A stretch of 59,440 nucleotides of DNA, filler included. It is 4 parts of 4 records of this genome, joined end to end, with 100 filler letters (N's around TTAATTAATTAA, not from the genome) between each part and the next. Parts side by side here need not be neighbours in the genome. Positions count along the whole stretch, not along the records: positions 1 to 18,554 come from SRR20825019_989; 3 more parts are not named here. One strand, written 5' to 3'. Positions 1 through 9,052 of this stretch are shown in pieces; position 1 is the stretch's first letter, and every line of letters starts with the position of its first letter. A program made the position numbers and the translations under genes. The notes below the pieces were generated by a model. It was not told the DNA's origin and did no database searches. It saw only the letters and a list, made by a program, of their open reading frames with translations.

Positions 1-265
1 GGTAAAGCGCATAGGACTGGAACACCATCGCGATATCACGCTTTCTCGGCGGAGCATCGTTGATCCGGTTTCCGGCAATCCTGATTTCACCGTTGGAGAT
101 TTTCTCCAATCCCGCCAGAGACCGGAGAAGCGTCGACTTTCCACAACCTGACGGCCCGACAAGCGCGACGAACGCACCCTTTTCGATCTCCAGGTTGATA
201 TTTTTAAGGGCATGGAAACGGCCATAATATTTTTCGACCGCGCTGAATTCAATCTGGGCTGTCAT
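1..265 (-). CDS. Sugar ABC transporter ATP-binding subunit (MalK/UgpC family), N-terminal part, truncated by window edge
   Basis: Not in the ORF track. Minus strand from ATG at 265 (ATGA overlap with the permease stop) reads [15 protein letters not shown]...[22 protein letters not shown]...[13 protein letters not shown], with Walker A and the Q-loop. Confidence 0.93.
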   Translation of the reverse strand, partial: MTAQIEFSAVEKYYGRFHALKNINLEIEKGAFVALVGPSGCGKSTLLRSLAGLEKISNGEIRIAGNRINDAPPRKRDIAMVFQSYALY

Positions 266-1092
266 TTCAAAGCTCCCGAGGTCAGGCCTGAGACAATCTT
301 GCGCTGGAGAAGAACAAACACGGCAAGGATCGGCGTCACGTAGATCGACGAATACGCCATGATCTTGTCCCACTCGACCGTGTTCGGCCCCATGAAAGTG
401 TTTAGTCCGACACTTGCCGGTTGATAGATGGCGTCGGCGATGAAGGTCTTGGAATAGACGAATTCACCGAAAGCCTGCATGTAAATCAGGATCGCACTGA
501 CCAGAATGCCGTTTCGGGCAAGCGGCAGAACGATGTTGAAGAAGGCACCGATACGGGAGTTGCCATCCACGAGGGCAGCCTCTTCCAGTTCCATCGGAAC
601 GCTCATGAAGGTGGCGCGCACCAGCACAACGAAGAACGGCATACTTTTTGCGGTAATGCCGAGGATGGTGGCAAAGCGCGGATATTCCAGAATACCAAGC
701 TGCGAAAATCCGACAAAGATAGGCGTGACCATCAGCGAAGGCGGCAGCACCTGAAGCATCAGGATCAGGAACAGTCCGATATCAATCCAGATGCTGCGGT
801 AGCGCGCCAGAACATAAGCACAGCCCGAACCCAGTACCGCAATCAGAATGACGGAACCTGTGGCGATATAAAACGAGTTCCACAGATACCGTCCCATGCC
901 ACGGCTGTCCCAGACATCAACAAAGTTGGACCATTGCGCATGGGTGGGAATGAAGATCGGCGGCGACGCAAAAGCTTCCGACGAAGTTTTAATCGCCGTG
1001 ACATACATCCAGTAAAGCGGAAACAGGTAGATGATCGCAAAGGCAATCGCGACAACAACGAGAATGGTGTTGCGTGTGGCGTAACGGGTCAT
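262..1092 (-). CDS. Carbohydrate ABC transporter permease (MalG-like)
   Basis: Multiple TM segments, EAA motif ([10 protein letters not shown]) and C-terminal GLTSGALK. Confidence 0.93.
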   Translation of the reverse strand: MTRYATRNTILVVVAIAFAIIYLFPLYWMYVTAIKTSSEAFASPPIFIPTHAQWSNFVDVWDSRGMGRYLWNSFYIATGSVILIAVLGSGCAYVLARYRSIWIDIGLFLILMLQVLPPSLMVTPIFVGFSQLGILEYPRFATILGITAKSMPFFVVLVRATFMSVPMELEEAALVDGNSRIGAFFNIVLPLARNGILVSAILIYMQAFGEFVYSKTFIADAIYQPASVGLNTFMGPNTVEWDKIMAYSSIYVTPILAVFVLLQRKIVSGLTSGALK

Positions 1093-1991
1093 CCGCGAAC
1101 CTCCCCACGGGTCGAGCGGACGTAATAGGCCGCAGCAACGATAACGACGGCGATCATCATGACCGAAACGGTCGCACCGCCTGCGAAGTCAAACTCCTGG
1201 AAGGACAATTGCCATGCCCAGTACTGGGCGACGTTCGATGCATTGTTCGGACCGCCATTGGTAATCGAGGCGAACAGATCAAACTGTTGCAGCGTGAAGA
1301 TCAGGCCGAGCGACAGAAGCGCACCGATTGTGGCCCGCATCATCGGCAGTGTGATCGTCAAGAACCTGCGTAACGGCCCGGCGCCATCAAGGGCAGCGGC
1401 CTCATAAAGATCCTGCGGTATGGCCGAAAGGCCGACCGAAAGCAGGATCATGTTGAACGAGGTGCCGAGCCAGATATTGGCAATAACGACACTCCAGAGC
1501 GCGAAATCGGGGTTTGACCGCCAGAAAATCGGGGCGTCGATGATACCCATCTGTGTCAGGAAAAAATTGACAACACCGAAGTCACCCGACAACAGCCAGT
1601 TCCAGATAGCGCCGGCAACGAGACCGGGCATGACCCAGGAAACCAGGAACAGGCCGCGCAGATAGGTCGAACCGGGAAACTGCTGCTGGAAGAAAAGCGC
1701 CAGTCCAAGACCGAGAATGAACTGCCCGACAATGGAACCGACAACGAAGATCAGAGTATTGCCGAAGATCGGCCAGGTCTGCGGATCGGAGAGTATCCGG
1801 CGATAGTTTTCAAACCCGACAAACGGGCGGATGAGTTGACCGAGGCTGAACATATCAACCTCCTGAAAACTCATCAGAACATTATACAGGATCGCGGCGC
1901 CGGAGATCGCAATCAGAAAGGCAAGCGGTATGCCGATCAGAATGAGGTCGAATCCGCGCCCGTCCCATAATGTGGAAAGTCGGCTGCGCAT
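1089..1991 (-). CDS. Carbohydrate ABC transporter permease (MalF-like)
   Basis: FVGFENY motif and EAA loop DLYEAAALDGAG. Start moved to ATG 1991 (MRSRL), which follows an AAGGAG RBS. Confidence 0.92.
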   Translation of the reverse strand: MRSRLSTLWDGRGFDLILIGIPLAFLIAISGAAILYNVLMSFQEVDMFSLGQLIRPFVGFENYRRILSDPQTWPIFGNTLIFVVGSIVGQFILGLGLALFFQQQFPGSTYLRGLFLVSWVMPGLVAGAIWNWLLSGDFGVVNFFLTQMGIIDAPIFWRSNPDFALWSVVIANIWLGTSFNMILLSVGLSAIPQDLYEAAALDGAGPLRRFLTITLPMMRATIGALLSLGLIFTLQQFDLFASITNGGPNNASNVAQYWAWQLSFQEFDFAGGATVSVMMIAVVIVAAAYYVRSTRGEVRG

Positions 1992-2032
1992 GACATGAAA
2001 CTCCTTGGGGCCGCCGGATAAGCTTCGCCCTT

Positions 2033-2057
2033 CCCGCACCCCGAAACGGGGTGCGGG
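2033..2057 (-). other. Intercistronic stem-loop between the binding-protein and permease genes (probable mRNA stabiliser)
   Basis: Perfect 11-bp inverted repeat CCCGCACCCCG-AAA-CGGGGTGCGGG with no U-tract. Confidence 0.6.
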
Positions 2058-2088
2058 CGGACTTTGCGTGACGGTCACGCCTTGGGAT

Positions 2089-3315
2089 TTAGTTGGTGAC
2101 TTTTTCGATCTTGGCCTGCGCGGCATCAAGTGCCTGCTGCGGTGTCTTGGAGCCGGTCAGGGCTGCCTGAAGTGCGTCCTGAATAGCCTTGGAAATGGCG
2201 GGCCATTCCGGTGACGGACCACGCGGCTGAGCATATTTCAGTTGCTCCTGGAACATGGCGAGTGCCTGATCCAGATCTTCATTGCCCGTTGACGGGATCT
2301 CGACATTTTCTTCAGGCGGCAACTGGCCGAAACGCTGGAACATTTCCGGGTCCTTCGACGCGATATATTCCAGCACCTTAAAGGTTTCTTCCGGATGCTT
2401 TGTCGATTTGAACATCACCCAGTTATAATCGCCCATGGCCGAAGAGCGCGGCGCTCCTTCTTCCGGAACCGGCATAAGGGCAACGTCCCAGTTGAAATCA
2501 GCTTCACGAACCATCCGATCCAGTTCCCAGGGTCCGGAAATCGCCATCGCAGCATTGCCATTGATGAAGGTCGATGTGGAATCCCACTGGCTGCGACTGA
2601 TCGTATCAGGCGACGCAAGCCCTTCATCCATAATTTTCTTCCAGAGCGTCAAAGCTTCGACGGCACCGGGCGTATTGACTTCATCCCAGCTACCGCCTGC
2701 CATCTGAATCCAGGGCAGGAACTGGAAGGTGCCTTCCTCATTCGCCTGAGCGGAGAACGCCAGACCATAAACGCCCTTGTCCTTGTCGGTCAGTGCCTTG
2801 GCGTCTTCGTAAAGCTCGTCCCAGGTTTTCGGCGGCTCATCAATGCCAGCGGCTTCAAGCATGTCGGCATTGTAGTAAAGCGCTATCGTGTTGGTCGACT
2901 TCGGAACGCCGTAAAGCTTACCGTCCCATGTGGCGGACTCAACCGGACCGGGATAATAGTCGTCGATGTTGATGACGTCAGAATTTTCCACCATATCGGT
3001 GATATCCATCAGAGCGCCTTTGGATGCCATCATCGCGTTGAACGGCACATCAACGGCGTAAATATCCGGCGCCTTGCCAACGGCATAAGCGCGCATGACA
3101 TCGCTCAGAAGATCGGAAAACTGAAGTTGACGATACTCGACGTGGATCTCGTCCTGGCTGGCATTGAATTCATCAACAAGCTGCGGAGCAGGCTGATCAG
3201 GACGATCAACGGCCCAAAGCTGGATGGTAACAGGATCCTGGGCAAGCGCTGGCGCAGCAACAGACAGACTCACTGCAGCAACAGAAGCGCAGGCGATTGC
3301 GCGAAAATGTTTCAT
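2089..3315 (-). CDS. Sugar ABC transporter periplasmic substrate-binding protein
   Basis: Signal peptide [25 protein letters not shown] after a GGGAGG RBS. SBP motifs [23 protein letters not shown] and [14 protein letters not shown]. Confidence 0.93.
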   Translation of the reverse strand: MKHFRAIACASVAAVSLSVAAPALAQDPVTIQLWAVDRPDQPAPQLVDEFNASQDEIHVEYRQLQFSDLLSDVMRAYAVGKAPDIYAVDVPFNAMMASKGALMDITDMVENSDVINIDDYYPGPVESATWDGKLYGVPKSTNTIALYYNADMLEAAGIDEPPKTWDELYEDAKALTDKDKGVYGLAFSAQANEEGTFQFLPWIQMAGGSWDEVNTPGAVEALTLWKKIMDEGLASPDTISRSQWDSTSTFINGNAAMAISGPWELDRMVREADFNWDVALMPVPEEGAPRSSAMGDYNWVMFKSTKHPEETFKVLEYIASKDPEMFQRFGQLPPEENVEIPSTGNEDLDQALAMFQEQLKYAQPRGPSPEWPAISKAIQDALQAALTGSKTPQQALDAAQAKIEKVTN

Positions 3316-3467
3316 AGATAACCTCCCGAATAGGTCTTTTCTAAAAGAAAAGCTGCGATTTAGTACAGGTCTAGGCATTTACCGTCGGTTTCGGTCTATC
3401 TTTCCGCGGAACGATCAAGAACGGTATTTTCCGATGGAATCCGATGGAAAATGCTTAAAACAGGCAC

Positions 3468-3481
3468 CGTAAACGTTTACG
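3468..3481. promoter_or_regulatory. LacI-family operator
   Basis: Perfect 14-bp palindrome CGTAAACGTTTACG with the central AAACGTTT/CG typical of LacI sites, lying between the divergent SBP and LacI genes. Confidence 0.8.
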
Positions 3482-3538
3482 ACAATAGACCTGCCGAATG
3501 GGAAGTGTCAATAGAGGTACGTAAATCAGGGGGATTAT

Positions 3539-4576
3539 ATGAAAGGCATTCGCCAGCTCGCAGAACACCTGCAAATCTCGACGGGCACAGTTTCGCGGGC
3601 GCTTAACGGCAAGGCCGATGTGAACGCGGAGACCCGTCGCCGCGTGCTGGAGGCCGCTGAAACGCTGGGCTATGTCCCCAATCAGGCTGGTCGTAGCCTG
3701 CGACAGGGTAAAAGCCGGACAATTGGCCTGATGCTGGGCCCGGACTCGGCTGTCGGCGGCAACAGCGACAACTTCTTCCCGCAGGTTATCAGCGGGCTAC
3801 AGGAGGCACTCAGCCAGCATAATCTCGACCTCATCCTGCTTTTATGTCAGCGCGACGAAGCGCCGGATGCTTTTCTGCGCCGAATGGTCGCACAACGGAT
3901 CGTCGACGCGATGGTGATTTCCTCGACCCGCACCGCAGATCCGCGCTTTCCGTTCCTGAACAAGGCTGGGATGCCGTTTGTCTCTCTTGGCCGCAGCCAC
4001 TCGGCAACCCCGGACAACCGCTGGGTCGACCTTGACTTCGAGGGCATTGCAGAGCGCGCTGTTGAACGGCTCCATGATCAGGGTCACCGGCGGATCGCAG
4101 TCGCAGCGCCGGACACAGATGTTCAACTGGCGGAGCTTTTCCTGCAAGGTTACCGGCGCGGCCTTGAAAAAAGCAACCTGCACTTCCAGCCGGAGCTTGT
4201 TTTCCGTGCCGAAGCGCATGAGCAGGGCGGCTATGAAGTGGGCCAGCGAATCATCGCCTTGAAAGACCGGCCAACGGCTATTCTTCTGAACGCCGAAATG
4301 ATGTCGGTTGGTCTTTACCGCAGCCTCGGCGAGGCTGGCCTTCAACCGGGTCGCGATCTGGCCATCATCGCGGAACGCGAAAGTCCGGTCGGCCGCTTTT
4401 TGCTACCACGACTGACGTGTTTTCGTCTCGACCCAACGGCTGTCGGCAGGATGCTTGGCAAGATGCTGCTATCACGCCTTCCGGCCTTTGCTGATCTTTA
4501 CAGCGATATACCGACGACGAAAATCTGGCCAATGGAGTTGGTCGAGGGTGAAAGCGACCCGCCACCGGTTGCGTGA
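3539..4576 (+). CDS. LacI-family transcriptional regulator
   Basis: N-terminal HTH IRQLAEHLQISTGTVSRALNG, hinge LGYVPNQAGRSL, then a periplasmic-binding-protein-like sensor domain. Confidence 0.95.
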   Translation: MKGIRQLAEHLQISTGTVSRALNGKADVNAETRRRVLEAAETLGYVPNQAGRSLRQGKSRTIGLMLGPDSAVGGNSDNFFPQVISGLQEALSQHNLDLILLLCQRDEAPDAFLRRMVAQRIVDAMVISSTRTADPRFPFLNKAGMPFVSLGRSHSATPDNRWVDLDFEGIAERAVERLHDQGHRRIAVAAPDTDVQLAELFLQGYRRGLEKSNLHFQPELVFRAEAHEQGGYEVGQRIIALKDRPTAILLNAEMMSVGLYRSLGEAGLQPGRDLAIIAERESPVGRFLLPRLTCFRLDPTAVGRMLGKMLLSRLPAFADLYSDIPTTKIWPMELVEGESDPPPVA

Positions 4577-4779
4577 AGCTCGCTTCCTGCAGCGGCTCAT
4601 TTCCACCTGTCCGCTCCGAATGGACAACCTCCCGAAAGCTCACAACCAGAGCACCTGCCCGATCTCCGGCAAAATTCCGGCTATCCGTTGCACTTGCGCC
4701 ACAGAACCGTAGCTAAACCAACATCTATTTCGCCATAGTTCGCTAAACTGACTGGACCTTCGTCCTATTCGAATATTAA

Positions 4780-4795
4780 GTTACCTAAACGTCAT
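4780..4795. promoter_or_regulatory. LiuR-like (MerR) binding site upstream of fadL
   Basis: GTTACCTAAACGTCAT is one mismatch from the LiuR-type core TTACGTwwACGTCA and resembles the site at 14929-14941. Confidence 0.55.
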
Positions 4796-4868
4796 CTAAG
4801 TCTCTGATTGGGAGATGTGAGACTTTTGACGTTCTGTAACTGGCGTTTGTTGCAAGGAGGAGGACACA

Positions 4869-6170
4869 ATGCCATACCTTAACAGGACGAGTCTGCTTTT
4901 ACTGGCTTCTGCCGCTGCGACAGCGCTTACAGCCGGATCAGCCGCTGCTGGATCTTTCGCACTTCGTGAACAAAGTGCTGCCGGGCAAGGTCAGGCCTTC
5001 GCCGGTGCAGCGGCCGCTCAGGCAGGTCTCGGATCAATGTATTGGAATCCGGCCACGATGGCGGCTTTTGAAGGCTTTCAGGTCGAATTCGGCCTTTCGG
5101 GCATATTCCCCTATTCCGATATTACGCCAACCACAGGCACGAGTCCGTTTCTTATCGGCGCAGGTGGCAGCGCTTCCACGGGAGATATCGCTCTTGATGC
5201 GGTCCTGCCGGTTGGTTACGCCAGTTACCAGCTGACAGATGACGTCTGGGTCGGTCTCGGGCTGAACACCCCTTTCGGTTTGGAAACCAAAAATCCTGTC
5301 AACGCACCTGGCCAGATCTACGCCCGGACATCGGAGGTGCTCAGCTATGACATTACCCCGACCATTGCCTGGCAGGTTAATGACTGGCTGGCGATTGGTG
5401 CGGGTGTGGAAGCCATGTATTTCAAAACACGGTTGACGCAGGCCATGGGCATCCAGCCCAATGCCGCCAGTGCTGACCTTCAGGGCGATTCATGGGGTGT
5501 CGGCTTCACCCTCGGCTTTACGCTCACCCCGACGGACGGGACCGTGATCGGTGTTGGCTATCGTTCGCAGATCAAGCAGGATCTGACCGGTGATATCAAT
5601 TTCGGCGCACCGGTTACAACCGCCCTCGGAACGCTTCCGGCAGGAACCTATGACGTCAAATCAGACCTGACCCTGCCGGATCAGATCACGGTCGGCATCA
5701 GCCAGGCGCTGACAAACGACCTGAAACTGAATGCTGGTTTCGAGTGGACCAACTGGAGCGTTTTCAATAATTTCCCGGTCGTCGGCACATCCGGGCTGAC
5801 AAACGGCGTTCAGATCACCGATCTTCCGTTCGAATACGACGATGGTTACTACCTTTCGCTCGGCATGGAGTATGACTGGAACCCGCAGTTCACCATTCGC
5901 GGCGGCCTTGGTTATGAATGGTCGCCTATCTCCACGAGCAACCGCGACCTCAGACTGCCAGACAGCGACCGGATTCATGCTTCAATCGGCGGCAGCTATA
6001 ACTGGAACGAAAACCTGTCGGTCGATTTTGCCTATGAGCATATTTTCACGACCGGAGACACCGATATCAAACTCGACAGCAACAACCCGCATTATGCGGG
6101 ATTGCCTTACTTCGGTGATGTGGATTCGCGTGTCGACATTGTTTCGGCCAGCCTGCGATACCGTTTCTGA
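4869..6170 (+). CDS. fadL: Long-chain fatty acid outer-membrane transporter (FadL/OmpP1/TodX family)
   Basis: Signal peptide, hatch GSFALREQSA..G.AFAG, YWNPA motif, PFGL, RLPDSDR and a C-terminal Phe. Confidence 0.9.
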   Translation: MPYLNRTSLLLLASAAATALTAGSAAAGSFALREQSAAGQGQAFAGAAAAQAGLGSMYWNPATMAAFEGFQVEFGLSGIFPYSDITPTTGTSPFLIGAGGSASTGDIALDAVLPVGYASYQLTDDVWVGLGLNTPFGLETKNPVNAPGQIYARTSEVLSYDITPTIAWQVNDWLAIGAGVEAMYFKTRLTQAMGIQPNAASADLQGDSWGVGFTLGFTLTPTDGTVIGVGYRSQIKQDLTGDINFGAPVTTALGTLPAGTYDVKSDLTLPDQITVGISQALTNDLKLNAGFEWTNWSVFNNFPVVGTSGLTNGVQITDLPFEYDDGYYLSLGMEYDWNPQFTIRGGLGYEWSPISTSNRDLRLPDSDRIHASIGGSYNWNENLSVDFAYEHIFTTGDTDIKLDSNNPHYAGLPYFGDVDSRVDIVSASLRYRF

Positions 6171-6184
6171 GATATGACGAAAAT

Positions 6185-6210
6185 GCCCTGGAAGAAATTC
6201 CAGGGCTTTT
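6185..6210 (+). terminator. Intrinsic terminator after fadL
   Basis: GCCCTGGAA-GAAA-TTCCAGGGC followed by TTTT. Confidence 0.7.
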
Positions 6211-6290
6211 CATTCAACCAAACATGATCGTTTGAAGGACAGGAACACCGCGCCTGAAGGCACCCGGTATCCTTTCTGGGAGAAAAGAAC

Positions 6291-6704
6291 ATGCTGAAGA
6301 TCACATCGATCGCACTGGCTGTTGTGGCAGCCATTTCGCTTTCAACGCCGGTTATGGCAGCCTCGCCGGATGGCACATGGCTGACTGAAAGCGGCAAAAC
6401 GCAGGTTAGGATTGCACCTTGTGGCAGCGCATATTGTGGAACTGTTGTCTGGATGAAGTCACCCGGCAAGGACGCAAAGAATCCGGACCCGGCAAAACAG
6501 AACCGCGATCTTGTGGGCACGCAAATGCTGTACGGCCTCAAACCCGACGGTGAGGATAGTTGGAAAGGGAAGCTTTACAATTTCGAAAACGGCAAAACCT
6601 ACACCGGCAAAATGCAACTTACCGGCGCAACCAGCCTGAAGCTTTACGGCTGTATACTCGGCGGCGCGATATGCAAAAGCCAGACCTGGAAGAAGGTAAA
6701 GTAG
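6291..6704 (+). CDS. DUF2147 family secreted protein
   Basis: Signal peptide, then GTWLTESG...IAPCG..YCG.VVW...D..NPDP...R.LVG...W.GKLYN.ENGKTY...GC.LGG.ICKSQTW. Confidence 0.85.
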   Translation: MLKITSIALAVVAAISLSTPVMAASPDGTWLTESGKTQVRIAPCGSAYCGTVVWMKSPGKDAKNPDPAKQNRDLVGTQMLYGLKPDGEDSWKGKLYNFENGKTYTGKMQLTGATSLKLYGCILGGAICKSQTWKKVK

Positions 6705-6730
6705 CGAGGTTTCCGCAAACGCGGCTGGAC

Positions 6731-6767
6731 AAAAAAACGCGATCAGGAATTTAAAATCCCGATCGCG
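6731..6767 (-). terminator. Intrinsic terminator of the minus-strand beta-oxidation operon
   Basis: Minus strand reads CGCGATCGGGA-loop-TCCTGATCGCG followed by T7. Confidence 0.7.
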
Positions 6768-6837
6768 CAATAAGAAGCAGAACTGAGTGCGCCGTACTGC
6801 TCCGAAACCCGTTGTCGTGCGTCTTGAACGCAACCGA

Positions 6838-7155
6838 TTAATCGGCATCAAGTAAACTGGCAAGTTTCAGGGCCACACCTTGCGACCCTCGAACTTTCAG
6901 TCGTCCCGTCGAAAACGCCAACATCGGACTCAACCTACCAGAAATCAGCTTGATAAGGTTATCATAAGACGTCATCAATACGGTATCTGCATCTATTTCG
7001 CCGGTTTCATCCTTTGAAATTTCGACCACGTCACCGGTAGCGTCCAACAGAATGGAGCCTGCTCCTTTTATGTCAAACCGGACACGATAGCCAAATTCGT
7101 CAAAGCGGTCTGCTCTTTCCTCCATCCTTGCCAGAATGTCATCTATCTCAGACAT
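6838..7155 (-). CDS. SCP2 sterol/lipid-binding domain protein
   Basis: ADTVL...LIKLISGRLSPMLAFSTGRLKVRGSQGVALKL is the SCP2 signature. ATG 7155 follows AAGGAGG. Confidence 0.88.
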   Translation of the reverse strand: MSEIDDILARMEERADRFDEFGYRVRFDIKGAGSILLDATGDVVEISKDETGEIDADTVLMTSYDNLIKLISGRLSPMLAFSTGRLKVRGSQGVALKLASLLDAD

Positions 7156-7244
7156 GAATGTCCTCCTTGTGCCGTGCAGATGCAAGGCAAAATTCCCTCT
7201 CTTTGGCTCCGCTGAGGCGGACCTTACGGCCCGCCTGCACCACT

Positions 7245-9035
7245 TCAGAACGCCATTTCATCCAGCGCCATCATCGTATCTTTGCCCGCACGAATGGAAG
7301 CGACAAGCCCGGCTGCCTGCGGCAGGATCTTCTGCATGAAGAAATGCGCTGTCGTCAGCTTGGCCTTGTAAAACTCAGGATCATCGCAGTCACCATCCAG
7401 CGCAGCATGGGCCACCTTGGCTGATTTCAGCCACATGAAGCCAAGCGCCACAAGGCCGAAGAGCCGAAGATATTCGGTCGCCGCAGCGCCTGCCTCTTCC
7501 GGGTCCTTCATCGCTTTCTGCGCAATTTCGCCCGTGCAGAGCTGAAGACCGCCAAAGGCCTTTGAAAGCGGCTGCACCAGATCGGCAAGGCGATCGTCGT
7601 CCACAGCCGCATCAATCTCGGCCAGCACCGGATGGAAGAAAGACCTTAGATAGCGGCCCATATGGGCAGGCATCTTGCGCCCCACCAGATCAAGCGCCTG
7701 AATACCATTGGTGCCTTCATAGATCATCGAAATCCGACTGTCGCGAACATACTGCTCCATGCCGTGATCGCGGATAAAGCCGTGACCGCCATAGACCTGC
7801 ATACCGATGGACGCCGATTCAAAGCCAAGATCGGTGAACAATGCCTTGACGATCGGTGTCATCAGAGCGGTGAAATCGTCAGCTTCCTGCCTCTTGTCCG
7901 GATCGGGATGGTGCTTCAGCATATCCAGGTTGCGCGCCACCCAGCCGCCAAGCGCCCGGCAACCTTCGGTATAGGCGCGGATAGTCATCAACATACGCCG
8001 GACATCCGGGTGAACAATAATCGGATCAGCGGGCTTATCCGAGTGCTTTGTGCCGGACAATGACCGCCCCTGAAGCCGCTCTTTCGCATAAGCCACAGCA
8101 CTTTGATAGGAGGCTTCTGCGGCACCAAGCCCTTGAATACCAACGGAAAGCCGCTCGCTGTTCATCATCGTGAACATAGCCCGCATGCCCTTGTGCGGTT
8201 CGCCAACCAGCCAGCCGGTCGCGTCATCAAATGACATCTGGCAGGTGGCAGATGCCTTGATGCCCATCTTGTGCTCCAGACCGGAACACGAAACGCCATT
8301 GCGCGGCCCCGGCGTTCCATCCTCGTTCGGCAGGAACTTAGGCACCAGAAACAGACTGATACCCTTGACGCCTTTCGGTGCATCGGGCAGACGCGCCAGA
8401 ACCAGATGGATGATATTTTCCGTCAGGTCGTGCTCGCCGGCTGAAATGAATATCTTTGAGCCGGTGATCTTGCAAGACCCATCATCCTGCGGCTCGGCAC
8501 GGGTGCGCAAAAGCCCCAGATCGGTTCCGCAATGAGCTTCCGTCAGGCACATCGTGCCCGACCAGGTGCCATCGACCATTTTCGGCAGGTAGCGTTCTTT
8601 CAGCTCCTGTGAAGCGTGATCGGCAATCGCCTGATAGGCACCATGGGTCAGCCCCGGATAAAGCCCGAAGGACAGGTTGGCCGCACAGCTCATCTCCTCC
8701 ACCAGCTTGTTGATGGTTTCCGGCAGCCCCTGACCGCCCCATTCGGGATCAGACGCCATCGCCGTCCAACCGCTTTCGGCAAAGGCCTTATAGGCTTCCT
8801 TGAAGCCCTTGGGCGTGCGCACGACACCGTTTTCCAGCACGCAACCGTCCTCGTCGCCGGATGCGTTCAGCGGCAGCAGAACCTCGGAGCAGAATTTTCC
8901 GGCCTCCTCCAGAATGGCATCGGCAAGGTCGGGGGTTACATCTTCAAGACCGGGAAACTCGGCGTAATCGCTGATGCCAATCAGTTCGTGGAGAACAAAA
9001 CGCATGTCCCGGAGCGGTGCATTGTAAACTTGCAT
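7245..9035 (-). CDS. Acyl-CoA dehydrogenase (long form with C-terminal domain)
   Basis: YNAPLRDMRFVL, GTMCLTEAHCGTDLG, GSKIFISAGEHD, EHKMGIKAS, QVYGGHGFI and IYEGTNGIQALDL. Confidence 0.95.
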   Translation of the reverse strand: MQVYNAPLRDMRFVLHELIGISDYAEFPGLEDVTPDLADAILEEAGKFCSEVLLPLNASGDEDGCVLENGVVRTPKGFKEAYKAFAESGWTAMASDPEWGGQGLPETINKLVEEMSCAANLSFGLYPGLTHGAYQAIADHASQELKERYLPKMVDGTWSGTMCLTEAHCGTDLGLLRTRAEPQDDGSCKITGSKIFISAGEHDLTENIIHLVLARLPDAPKGVKGISLFLVPKFLPNEDGTPGPRNGVSCSGLEHKMGIKASATCQMSFDDATGWLVGEPHKGMRAMFTMMNSERLSVGIQGLGAAEASYQSAVAYAKERLQGRSLSGTKHSDKPADPIIVHPDVRRMLMTIRAYTEGCRALGGWVARNLDMLKHHPDPDKRQEADDFTALMTPIVKALFTDLGFESASIGMQVYGGHGFIRDHGMEQYVRDSRISMIYEGTNGIQALDLVGRKMPAHMGRYLRSFFHPVLAEIDAAVDDDRLADLVQPLSKAFGGLQLCTGEIAQKAMKDPEEAGAAATEYLRLFGLVALGFMWLKSAKVAHAALDGDCDDPEFYKAKLTTAHFFMQKILPQAAGLVASIRAGKDTMMALDEMAF

Positions 9036-9052
9036 GATGAGAGCTCCTCGCC

